From positions 252,879-316,878 of the forward strand of contig OY781945.1 of the NCBI GenBank assembly GCA_963677435.1: a stretch of DNA of 64,000 nt, written 5' to 3'. The position numbers and the translations under genes are program-made. Below are positions 46,987-57,903 of the stretch, one piece after another; position 1 is the first letter of the stretch, and each line of letters begins with the position of its first letter. The stretch comes from an uncultured Aliarcobacter sp. Lineage in GTDB: Bacteria; Campylobacterota; Campylobacteria; Campylobacterales; Arcobacteraceae. Under the pieces are notes generated by a model, which saw only the letters and a program-made list of their open reading frames with translations, searched no databases and was not told where the DNA came from.

Positions 46987-47000
46987 TTATTATCTTCTTT

Positions 47001-47861
47001 TTATTTCTTTGATGGCTCTATAATTGGTAAATTCAAATCATTTCCCCATTCTTTCCATGATGCATCATAATTTGTTACATCGTAACCCAATTCTCTTAAA
47101 GCAAAATAATTAGTTGAGGCAATTTTTCCAATAGAGCAATATAATACAATTTTTTTATTTTTATCTAAATCTTTATAAATATCTTTTAATTCATTTATAT
47201 CTTTTAATCTTGAAACAAATCCATCATTTTTGATATTGTTTGAAGCTGGTAAACTTATAGCTTTTGGGATATGTCCAAATCTTTTAGCAGCAGATTCTTC
47301 TCCTAAATAAGATTTATATGATCTTGCATCTACAACTATTTCTGATTTACTTTTTGTTGCAATTTGTGTAATAAATTTAGTAGCTAATTTTTGATTATCA
47401 ATAGAAACAATATAATTACTTTTTTCAACTTTTGGAATATCTTTTGAAATTGCAAAGTCTTTATCTTTCCAATCTAAATAACTAGCATTTAAAAGTTTTA
47501 CATTTTTGAATCCATAAACTTCCAATGCCCAAAAAAGCCTAGAAGCAGGGAAAAAACTTCCATCTCCATAAATTACAATTTTATCCTGCGTATTTAAACC
47601 TAATTCTTTAATAATATTTTGCATCTTTGTTGGTTCTGTAATCTTTCCATCAATTGATTCATGCTCATAAGTTAAAGATGAGGGAAAACTCAAAGCTGAT
47701 TTTATATGTCCATCTAAATACTCACTATTTACTCTTGAATCTATGATTTTGTAAGTAGATAAATCTTTTGATAACTCATCTAATTCAACTCTAAGATTTT
47801 GAGCATTTAAATTAAAACTAAATGTTAATAAAATTAATAGGGCATAAACTATTCTTTTCAT
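47001..47861 (-). CDS. Two-domain rhodanese/sulfurtransferase with signal peptide
   Basis: MKRIVYALLILLTFSFNLNA leader after GGAGG; IIDSR...Y..GHI, GHIPKA, LYCSIG, YDASWKEW. Confidence 0.88.
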   Translation of the reverse strand: MKRIVYALLILLTFSFNLNAQNLRVELDELSKDLSTYKIIDSRVNSEYLDGHIKSALSFPSSLTYEHESIDGKITEPTKMQNIIKELGLNTQDKIVIYGDGSFFPASRLFWALEVYGFKNVKLLNASYLDWKDKDFAISKDIPKVEKSNYIVSIDNQKLATKFITQIATKSKSEIVVDARSYKSYLGEESAAKRFGHIPKAISLPASNNIKNDGFVSRLKDINELKDIYKDLDKNKKIVLYCSIGKIASTNYFALRELGYDVTNYDASWKEWGNDLNLPIIEPSKK

Positions 47862-47929
47862 TGTTTCCTCCATTTATTGTATAGATACGATTTTAGCATT
47901 AATTTACTTTGAATGTACGATATATCTTA

Positions 47930-47945
47930 TGGAATAATTCTTGCA
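47930..47945 (+). promoter_or_regulatory. sigma54 promoter of the SIR2-like/clpX2 operon
   Basis: TGGAATAATTCTTGCA, GG-N10-GC. Confidence 0.85.
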
Positions 47946-47977
47946 TAGTATTCGTTAAATATTAGATAGGTCACATC

Positions 47978-48802
47978 ATGAACGATATAATAGAAAAATT
48001 AAAAAGTGGGCAATTAATTCCTTTTTTAGGGATGGGTGTATTTAAAGATACAAAAAACAGCGATGGAGTTCAGATTCCCTTTGATAGTGATTCAATGATA
48101 TTAAGCCTTAATAATGGAAGGGCAATGAGCCCAAGACTTATGTATGAATATTCAAGAGCTGCCATGAGTTTAGAGCAAAGAAAAGGTAGAGAATTTATAA
48201 TTCAAATGACTAATCACATCTTTACTTCAAAAGAGTATGAAATTCCTTTAACTTATAAATGGCTACAAAAAATCAAACCAAAATATATCATCGACACAAA
48301 TATGGATGATAGCTTACAAAAAATATATAGCGACTGTGAACACTTTTTAATCACAGGAGTATCAAGAATAACTGCTGATTGGGATAGATTTTTAATTTAT
48401 TCTTTTGATGTAGCTACTAAAACATATACAAGAATTGAAAAAGAAAAATTAAATTTGGATATTCCAATACTATTTAAACCTATGGGTTCTACTAAACCTG
48501 AAATGAATTTCATTATCTCAGATGCTGATTTTGTTGATTGGTTAACTGAAGCTATGGGTGGTTATGCGATGCCTCCAATTTTAAAAGAACATAGAAAAGA
48601 TAAAGAGTACCTATTTTTAGGAGTTGATTTTTCAAAAGATACTTTTAGAATGGTTGCAAATGAGATAACAGTAGATTTAAAAGGTGGTACATCTGTACTT
48701 GACAAAATAGAATTAACAAAAAAAGAGGATAAATTTATTAAAACTCACAATTTAACTAATTTAGATGTGAGTATTAATGAATTTATAAAAAGCCATGAAT
48801 GA
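47978..48802 (+). CDS. SIR2-like (SIR2_2) domain protein
   Basis: LIPFLGMG, IIDTNMDD, LFKPMGS, IISDADF, YLFLGVDF: sirtuin-like Rossmann pattern. Confidence 0.75.
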   Translation: MNDIIEKLKSGQLIPFLGMGVFKDTKNSDGVQIPFDSDSMILSLNNGRAMSPRLMYEYSRAAMSLEQRKGREFIIQMTNHIFTSKEYEIPLTYKWLQKIKPKYIIDTNMDDSLQKIYSDCEHFLITGVSRITADWDRFLIYSFDVATKTYTRIEKEKLNLDIPILFKPMGSTKPEMNFIISDADFVDWLTEAMGGYAMPPILKEHRKDKEYLFLGVDFSKDTFRMVANEITVDLKGGTSVLDKIELTKKEDKFIKTHNLTNLDVSINEFIKSHE

Positions 48803-50048
48803 AAAATTTAATTGCGATTTCTGTGGTAAAGAGATTACAGAAGTAAAAAAAATATTCTCAAGTGAAGTTTCACACATCTGCGATGAATGTGTGACAATGT
48901 GTTCAAAAGTTCTTGAAAAAGAGCTTATAAAAGATAGTAAAAAAGAGTTCCAAAAAGGACTTAGCGTTCCTATTAAAATAAAAGAACATTTAGATGACTA
49001 TGTAATTGGACAAGTTGAAGCTAAAAAAGTTTTAGCTGTTGCTTTATATAATCACTATAAAAGAATTGATAAACCAGTAGTTAAAAATGTTGAAATTGAA
49101 AAATCAAACATTATGCTTATTGGTCCCACCGGAAGCGGTAAAACACTTCTTGCAAAATCACTAGCACGAATCATGGATGTTCCATTTGCAGTTGCTGATG
49201 CTACTGCACTAACTGAAGCTGGTTATGTTGGAGAAGATGTTGAATCAATTCTTTCAAGATTACTTGCTGCTGCTGATTATGATTTAGAAAAAGCAAAAAG
49301 AGGAATCGTTTATATTGATGAGATTGATAAAATCGCAAATAAAAGCGAAAGCTCAACAAGTGGAAGAGATGTAAGTGGAGAAGGAGTTCAACAAGGACTT
49401 TTAAAAATTCTTGAAGGTGCAGAAGTTTATGTTCCTGTAAAAGGAAGTAGAAAAAATTCATCTGCTGAAACTATTTTATTTGATACAACACATGTTTTAT
49501 TTATTTGTGGTGGTGCTTTTGTTGGATTAAGAGAAGATGATACTCTAAAGAAAAATAAAAAAGCTCCTAAAATGGGATTCTTAAAAAAAGAGGACGAAGC
49601 CTTAGAAAGAAAGGCTATTGAAGCAAAAGAACTTATCTCTTTTGGTTTAATTCCTGAATTTATTGGAAGAATTCCAGTAATTGCTGAACTTAATAAACTT
49701 TCAAAAGAAGACTTGATTAGAGTTCTAAAAGAGCCAAAAAATGCAATTATCAAACAATATGAAATTTTATTTGAACTTGATGGAGTTGAATTAGAATTTA
49801 CAGATGATGCTTTAGAGAGAATTGCAGAAATAGCAGTTGAAAAAGATGTTGGAGCAAGAGGTCTTAGAGGAATTATAGAAAATATAATGCTTCCATTACA
49901 ATATATTACTCCATCTGAAAATAATCTTGAGAAATGTAGAATCACAAGAAAATACATAGATAAAGAAGAAGATGTTGAACTAAAATACAACGAAGATTCA
50001 AATGAAGAACCAACAAAAGAGATTTTATTTAGAAAAATTGTAAATTAA
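48795..50048 (+). CDS. clpX: ATP-dependent Clp protease ATPase subunit ClpX paralogue (nif-associated ClpX2-like)
   Basis: Zn finger CDFC...CDEC; GPTGSGKT; YIDEIDK; RDVSGEGVQQ; IPEFIGR; VGARGLR; IGF loop reads MGF. Confidence 0.93.
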   Translation: MNEKFNCDFCGKEITEVKKIFSSEVSHICDECVTMCSKVLEKELIKDSKKEFQKGLSVPIKIKEHLDDYVIGQVEAKKVLAVALYNHYKRIDKPVVKNVEIEKSNIMLIGPTGSGKTLLAKSLARIMDVPFAVADATALTEAGYVGEDVESILSRLLAAADYDLEKAKRGIVYIDEIDKIANKSESSTSGRDVSGEGVQQGLLKILEGAEVYVPVKGSRKNSSAETILFDTTHVLFICGGAFVGLREDDTLKKNKKAPKMGFLKKEDEALERKAIEAKELISFGLIPEFIGRIPVIAELNKLSKEDLIRVLKEPKNAIIKQYEILFELDGVELEFTDDALERIAEIAVEKDVGARGLRGIIENIMLPLQYITPSENNLEKCRITRKYIDKEEDVELKYNEDSNEEPTKEILFRKIVN

Positions 50049-50056
50049 GTTCATAA

Positions 50057-50072
50057 TGGAATAAATCTTGCA
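50057..50072 (+). promoter_or_regulatory. sigma54 promoter of the ferredoxin gene
   Basis: TGGAATAAATCTTGCA, GG-N10-GC. Confidence 0.85.
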
Positions 50073-50107
50073 TCTATTTTATTATATTTTTATAAAAAGG
50101 ATAAAAA

Positions 50108-50494
50108 ATGGCAGTTAGAATTACTGAAGAGTGTATAAGTTGTGAAGCATGTGCATCTGAATGCCCAGTAGCAGCAATATTAGCAGATGGAAATGACAAA
50201 AATCCACAAGATGGGATTTTATATGTAAAACCAGAATCATGTGTTGAGTGTGTTGACCATGCAGATGTTCCAAGATGTGCAGAAGCCTGTCCAACAGTTG
50301 GTGCTATTGTTTGGGATATGCCTTATACTACTGATTTTAGTTCATATTACTTATCTGGCCATGAAAATGGAACTTATAAAATAAGAGAACACAAATCTAA
50401 AGGCTTAATGCTTCCAGAAGTTAAAGCTCAAAAATTTAGACCTGAGATTACAATGGCTAGCAGAGAAGCTAACGCAAACGTATCTGATTTCTAA
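50108..50494 (+). CDS. 2[4Fe-4S] ferredoxin (FdxN-like) with C-terminal extension
   Basis: CISCEACASECP and CVECVDHADVPRCAEACP. Confidence 0.92.
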   Translation: MAVRITEECISCEACASECPVAAILADGNDKNPQDGILYVKPESCVECVDHADVPRCAEACPTVGAIVWDMPYTTDFSSYYLSGHENGTYKIREHKSKGLMLPEVKAQKFRPEITMASREANANVSDF

Positions 50495-50501
50495 TCATTA
50501 A

Positions 50502-50528
50502 GGTAAATATACTAAAAGTATATTTACC
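50502..50528. terminator. Stem-loop between convergent genes, marking the right end of the nif cluster
   Basis: GGTAAATATACT-AAA-AGTATATTTACC, 12-bp perfect stem. Confidence 0.65.
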
Positions 50529-50532
50529 GAAA

Positions 50533-50940
50533 CTAAACTATCCAAGCTAAAAATAAATATCTAGAAAACTTAGCAATTACAACTAAAATCAAAAATCTTT
50601 TAAAATCATACTTTAGCGTGCCAGCTATGAAAGTAATTGGATCACCAATTATAGGAAGCCAAGAAAAAAGTAAAGAAAATCCACCATATTTATCAAAATA
50701 GTATTTACTTTTTATGATATATTTTTCTTTTATAAGATTCTTTTTTACTAAATACTCTTCACCTTTTAGTCCTAAAAAATAGTTTATTACTGCACCTAAA
50801 CTATTCCCAAGTGTTGCTATAAATATCAAAAAATAAAGATTATATCCTTGTTTAATATCATAAATTAATAAAGCTTCACTTCCTAGGGGAAATAGTGTTG
50901 CAGATATTAAGGCACTAAAAAATAAAACTAAATATATCAT
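50533..50940 (-). CDS. YqaA/DedA (VTT)-family membrane protein
   Basis: SATLFPLGSE, GNSLG, WLPIIGDPI, AKFSRY. Confidence 0.9.
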   Translation of the reverse strand: MIYLVLFFSALISATLFPLGSEALLIYDIKQGYNLYFLIFIATLGNSLGAVINYFLGLKGEEYLVKKNLIKEKYIIKSKYYFDKYGGFSLLFSWLPIIGDPITFIAGTLKYDFKRFLILVVIAKFSRYLFLAWIV

Positions 50941-51836
50941 CTTCTCTTTTTAAACCAAGAAGATGAAACTTCTGAAACAAATACCCCAAACATAATTACA
51001 AAACAAGCTACAAATTCAAAAAATGATAATTTTTCATTCAAAACAAAGTAGGCTAATATCAAAGTAAACACAGGAATCAAATATATAAAAACAGCAGCTT
51101 TTGAAGCTGGGATTTTTGTTAAAGCATAATTATATAAACCATAACCAGCTAAAGTTACCACAACTCCTAAATAAATAGTCCAAAGAAATGAATTTAGAGT
51201 AAAATTCATAGGAATAGTATTATATTCATATATGAAAAGTGGTGTGAAAAATATAGCACCTATAAATACCTGAATTGCAGTTATAAACAGTGCTGAATAC
51301 TTACTACTTAAATATCTAGCAGTTATTGTATATCCTGCTCCACAAGCCATTGCTAGTAATTCAAAAAAATTCCCTAAAAGGGGATTCGGAGAACTAATTG
51401 ATGTACTTCCTTGAAGACTAAGCCAAATAGCTGCACTCATGGCTATTAAAGAGCCAATTATAAGCTGCTTTGAAATAATCTCTTTTAAAAAATATCCAGC
51501 TGCCATAGCTGTAATTATAGGCATTAATGAAGTAATCATACCAGCTTGAGATGCTGATGTAAGTTGTAATGCTTTTGATTCAAATACAAAATATAAACAA
51601 GGCTCAAATAAAGCCAAAAGTAGAATAAATTTTATATCTTTTTTTGAAAAATCATATTTTATAAAATCTTTTATAAAATAAACAAAACATAAGGATGCAA
51701 ATACCATACGGAAAAATATAACTGTAAAAGGTCCTAAATCTTCCATTGCAGCTTTTAGTGCAATAAATGAACTAGCCCAAATAAACATGGCAAATATTAA
51801 CGATAAAATACCAATATAACTAAAATTTTTTGTCAA
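50937..51836 (-). CDS. DMT/EamA-family transporter
   Basis: IWASSF, FEPCLYF, Y.LYNYAL..IPASKAA.F..LIPVF; ten TM-like segments. Confidence 0.9.
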   Translation of the reverse strand: MTKNFSYIGILSLIFAMFIWASSFIALKAAMEDLGPFTVIFFRMVFASLCFVYFIKDFIKYDFSKKDIKFILLLALFEPCLYFVFESKALQLTSASQAGMITSLMPIITAMAAGYFLKEIISKQLIIGSLIAMSAAIWLSLQGSTSISSPNPLLGNFFELLAMACGAGYTITARYLSSKYSALFITAIQVFIGAIFFTPLFIYEYNTIPMNFTLNSFLWTIYLGVVVTLAGYGLYNYALTKIPASKAAVFIYLIPVFTLILAYFVLNEKLSFFEFVACFVIMFGVFVSEVSSSWFKKRR

Positions 51837-51987
51837 ACTTTTATTCTCAACTTTCTATTAAAATCGTATTATACAGATTATTTTTCATAAGAAAATTAAT
51901 TTATAATAAATTAAAGATTTTTAATGTATAATTCCAATCTCAAAAGAAAAGCATTGAGAATATATCTAAATATTTTGAATGCTCTTC

Positions 51988-52077
51988 TTTAGACCTTTAC
52001 AATTGTTATTTGAGATAACGCCCCAGGATGGGAACATAGCAAGGCACCTTACTTAGTAGTGTGTTTGGGTATCTGGA
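51988..52077 (+). ncRNA. ffs: Signal recognition particle RNA (4.5S); ends approximate
   Basis: Helix-8 core GCCC-CAGG-ATG-GGAA-CAT-AGCA-AGGC (CAGG/AGCA symmetric loop, 3-bp stem, GGAA tetraloop); TATAAT at 51927-51932; terminator directly after. Confidence 0.88.
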
Positions 52078-52078
52078 G

Positions 52079-52105
52079 AAGAGTACTTAGGTACTCTTTT
52101 TTTTT
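52079..52105 (+). terminator. Intrinsic terminator of ffs
   Basis: AAGAGTAC-TTAG-GTACTCTT followed by T7. Confidence 0.88.
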
Positions 52106-52114
52106 GCTTATTTT

Positions 52115-52750
52115 TTAGATTAAATCTAAAAAATCTGAATTCAAAATCAACAATTTTTTTTCAACTTTATTATAAATAAATCTTTTATCACCAATTTTGA
52201 TTCTATTTAATATTATTAATTTAATTTCTTGTTCTTTTTTATTATATCTTTTCATTAATACAAAAAAATCTTTTACAGTAATAAAATCATACAGAGGATT
52301 ATCTTTTTTTTGATTTCTCAAATTTGATTCAATTTGAGGTTTATAAATAGAGCGCATTTCATTAAATGCACTTTGCAAAAGTTTGATTTCTGAATTAAAA
52401 ACTTCTATTATTCTTTTTTGATTTTTTTCCAATCTAAAAATTTCTGAGATATACTGTTTTTTCATCCATTTCATTGATTTTTTTAATAACTCAATTTGTT
52501 CATCTTTTACATCAATAACAGCTTGAACAGCATCAAAAGAGGGCTGTTTTGTTGATGTTGTTTGAGCTTTTGGTTTAGCTTGAACTTTAGATTCAGGCTT
52601 ATCAACTTTTTCATCTTCATCTAAATAAACAAAAGTTTTCCCATCTTTTTTAATAGATTTTAATTGTTCTTTTTTAATTCTATAATGTATTCCTTGTAAA
52701 GATAAGCCCAGTATTTCAGCAGCTTGTGAAGTTGTAACTAATCTTTCCAA
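52115..52750 (-). CDS. DNA-binding protein (N-terminal HTH + coiled coil), hypothetical
   Basis: TTSQAAEILGLSLQGIHYRIK MerR/excisionase-like HTH; TTG start. Confidence 0.75.
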   Translation of the reverse strand: MERLVTTSQAAEILGLSLQGIHYRIKKEQLKSIKKDGKTFVYLDEDEKVDKPESKVQAKPKAQTTSTKQPSFDAVQAVIDVKDEQIELLKKSMKWMKKQYISEIFRLEKNQKRIIEVFNSEIKLLQSAFNEMRSIYKPQIESNLRNQKKDNPLYDFITVKDFFVLMKRYNKKEQEIKLIILNRIKIGDKRFIYNKVEKKLLILNSDFLDLI

Positions 52751-52760
52751 GGTCTAAATC

Positions 52761-53144
52761 CTAAAATTTTGAGCTATCTATTTCAATAACTGTATGTACA
52801 TTTCCTCTTGGTTTAAAATCTCCAACAACTTTCATCCATTTAGGCTCTAATTTTGAATATAAAGTATCAAAAATTTCATTAATAGAATTTTCATGAGATA
52901 CTTCTCTATACATAAATGAATTAATATAAATTTTTAATGCTTTTAATTCTATAACTCTTTTATTTGGAGTATATTGCAATTTTATTGTTGCAAAATCTGG
53001 ATAACCACTTCTTGGACATTTTGCCATAAATTCTGGTAACTCAATATCAATTATATAATTTTTATCATGAGCATTTGGCCAGAAATTTTCTTCTTTATTT
53101 ATATCAAACTCTAATATTTCTCTTTCACCATATTTCATTTCCAT
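52761..53144 (-). CDS. queF: NADPH-dependent preQ0 reductase QueF
   Basis: PEFMAKCPRSGYPDFA, ELKALKIY, SHE, FKPRGNV. Confidence 0.95.
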   Translation of the reverse strand: MEMKYGEREILEFDINKEENFWPNAHDKNYIIDIELPEFMAKCPRSGYPDFATIKLQYTPNKRVIELKALKIYINSFMYREVSHENSINEIFDTLYSKLEPKWMKVVGDFKPRGNVHTVIEIDSSKF

Positions 53145-53277
53145 AATTTTTATAACCTTTTATAAATATAAATTTTAGGCATTTTAGCGAAAAAAGCCTT
53201 ATAAGTGTTACAAATTGAATTAATGTATAAAATCATGTATAATTTATTGTGAATCAAATTTAATATGAAAGAGAATT

Positions 53278-54279
53278 ATGAAAAATAAAATTTATGATAT
53301 TGTAATTATCGGTGGAGGCCCAGGTGGTATTGGTTGTGCTATTGAATCAGCAGCTCACAAAATTGGTGAAATTTTACTAATAGAAAAAACAGATAATCAT
53401 TCAAACACTATTAGAAAATTTTATAAAGATAATAAAAGAGTTGACAAAGATTATAAAGGTCAAGTCACAACTTTACAAGGTAATGTTGATTTTTTTGATG
53501 GAACAAAAGAGACTACTTTGGATTATTTTAATGATTTATTAGATAATGAAAAAATTGATTCTATATTTAATACTGAAGTTGAAAAAATTATTAGAAATGA
53601 ACAAACTGACTTATTAGAAGTTCATACTTCAAAAGGTTTAATCCAAACAAAAAATGCAATTATAGCCATTGGAAAAATGGGAAAACCAAATAAACCAGAT
53701 TATAAAATCCCACCATCTATAAAATCTCAAGTAGGTTTTAATTTAGATAGATGTTCATCAAATGAGAAAATTTTAGTCGTTGGTGGTGGAAATAGTGCAG
53801 CTGAATATGCATATCATTTGGCAGATCAAAAAAATAATGTAACTTTAGTTTATAGAAAAGCAGCTTTTACAAGATTGAATGACTTAAATGAAGATATCTT
53901 AAATAAATATAATGGTGAAGAGAAATTAAGACTAAGAATGGATACAGATATAGATTCTGTGGAAAATGAAGAGGGAAAAGTAAAAGTTACTTTTACAGAT
54001 GGATATAGTGTTATTTATGATCGAATTATTTATGCTATTGGAGGAACAACACCTGTTGATTTCCTAAAAAATTGTGGAGTTGATTATGATGAAGATTTAA
54101 AACCAATTTTTGATGAACACCAAGAGACAAGTGCAAAAGATGTATATGTAGCTGGTGATATTGCTTTTGCATCAGGTGGATCAATCGCTATTGCATTAAA
54201 TCATGGTTATAACATAGTAAATAATATTTTAAGAAAAAGAGGGAATATTTTCGCTTTTACAGAAAATATTTCAGAGTAA
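53278..54279 (+). CDS. TrxB-like NAD(P)/FAD oxidoreductase (FqrB/HP1164-like)
   Basis: GGGPGG, GGGNSAAE, AGDI motifs; no CxxC active site. Confidence 0.8.
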   Translation: MKNKIYDIVIIGGGPGGIGCAIESAAHKIGEILLIEKTDNHSNTIRKFYKDNKRVDKDYKGQVTTLQGNVDFFDGTKETTLDYFNDLLDNEKIDSIFNTEVEKIIRNEQTDLLEVHTSKGLIQTKNAIIAIGKMGKPNKPDYKIPPSIKSQVGFNLDRCSSNEKILVVGGGNSAAEYAYHLADQKNNVTLVYRKAAFTRLNDLNEDILNKYNGEEKLRLRMDTDIDSVENEEGKVKVTFTDGYSVIYDRIIYAIGGTTPVDFLKNCGVDYDEDLKPIFDEHQETSAKDVYVAGDIAFASGGSIAIALNHGYNIVNNILRKRGNIFAFTENISE

Positions 54280-54306
54280 AAAAGCATAGTTAAAACTATG
54301 CTTTTT
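54279..54306. terminator. Bidirectional intrinsic terminator
   Basis: AAAAAGCATAGT-TAAA-ACTATGCTTTTT between convergent genes. Confidence 0.85.
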
Positions 54307-54313
54307 AAATATA

Positions 54314-56656
<2,343 letters not shown>

Positions 56657-56664
56657 TTAATTTT

Positions 56665-57735
56665 TTATTTTTCTAAAACTATTGGCATTACAATAGTAAA
56701 AAATTTATCATCTTCTAGTAAAAATGGTAAATTAGATTCATTAAATCCAATTTTTATTTTTTCATTATTTGACATGCTTAAAAAGTCTAATAAATATTTA
56801 GCATTAACAGCTAGATAAAACTCTTTTTCAATATTTAAATCAATATCAATTTGAGTTTTAGATTCACTATCTTCATCAAGAGATTCAAAAAGAATTGATG
56901 TTGAGTTAAATGTGATTTTAATATTTGAAAATAGTGAAGTTACTAATTTTATAGATTCTACTAACATACTTTTTGGTAATGGGAAATTATATTTTAAAGT
57001 ATTAGGAATAATTCTTTCGTAATCTGGGAATTTACCATTTATTAATTTTGTAAAAAATTTAGTTTTTTCATTTGAAATTACAAGATTTGTATCATCGTAA
57101 GAGATTTTAGCTTCATCTAAAAATAGTTTTTGAATTTCAATTATTGCTTTTTTAGGAATAATAAATTGAGTTTCTTGGTTTGTAATATTTTGTAAATGTG
57201 AAACTGCTAATCTTCTAGTATCTGTTGAAACAAAGTTTATTTTTTGACTTTTAATATCTAATAATGCACCATTTAATTCAAATTTAGGATTATTGTTATC
57301 AATAGCAGGAGTAATTTTTCTAATAGAATTTATAAAATTCATTGTTGAGATTGATAATTCTTTTAAATTTTCTGATTTATTTAAAGATGGAAATTCTTCT
57401 GCATCATAAGTTGGTAATTTAAAAGTTGATTTATTTTGTTTTATAACTAGATTGTTATTTGAAGCTTCTATTAAAATATCTTCATTTTTTAATCTTTTTA
57501 TAATTCCTAATAAATTAGAACCATTAACTGTTGCTTTACCATCTATCATATCAGTTATATTATCAATATATGATTCTAAGCCTATTTCATAATCAGTTGC
57601 TTTTATGATTAGTTTAGCATTATTGATTTCTAAATATATATGCGATGTGATTGAACTAGAATCTTTTTTTTCTAAAAAAGGTTGCATTGAAGATACAACA
57701 TTTTCAAAGATATTCTTTGTAATTACGAATCTCAT
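56665..57735 (-). CDS. dnaN: DNA polymerase III beta clamp
   Basis: ATDYEIGL, STDTRRL, GKFPDYERIIP, IVMPI; position between dnaA and gyrB. Confidence 0.97.
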   Translation of the reverse strand: MRFVITKNIFENVVSSMQPFLEKKDSSSITSHIYLEINNAKLIIKATDYEIGLESYIDNITDMIDGKATVNGSNLLGIIKRLKNEDILIEASNNNLVIKQNKSTFKLPTYDAEEFPSLNKSENLKELSISTMNFINSIRKITPAIDNNNPKFELNGALLDIKSQKINFVSTDTRRLAVSHLQNITNQETQFIIPKKAIIEIQKLFLDEAKISYDDTNLVISNEKTKFFTKLINGKFPDYERIIPNTLKYNFPLPKSMLVESIKLVTSLFSNIKITFNSTSILFESLDEDSESKTQIDIDLNIEKEFYLAVNAKYLLDFLSMSNNEKIKIGFNESNLPFLLEDDKFFTIVMPIVLEK

Positions 57736-57903
57736 TTTATCTCCTATATTTTTATTTAATTTAGTGGAAGTAGTAGTCTATGTGAAAAGATGAAAACACC
57801 TGTTCAAACCCTCTGTAAGCGAACTTTGCCCCAGTGATTAGAAAAGTCATTGTATTCACATCTTTTCACATAAGTCTTTAAAACTTATTTTGCTTTAAAG
57901 ATT
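57736..57903 (-). other. oriC2: DnaA boxes, DnaA-trios and AT-rich unwinding element
   Basis: Minus strand TCTTTTCACA (57781-57790) then CTA CTA CTT CCA CTA trios (57762-57776) then AT-rich tract; further boxes GTATTCACA 57852-57860 and CTTTTCACA 57862-57870 on the plus strand. Confidence 0.85.

Noticed and set aside
53278-54279. FqrB-like reductase as a dedicated electron donor for nitrogenase flavodoxin
   Set aside because: It sits in the housekeeping queF-gyrB block with no sigma54 motif; proximity alone is insufficient.
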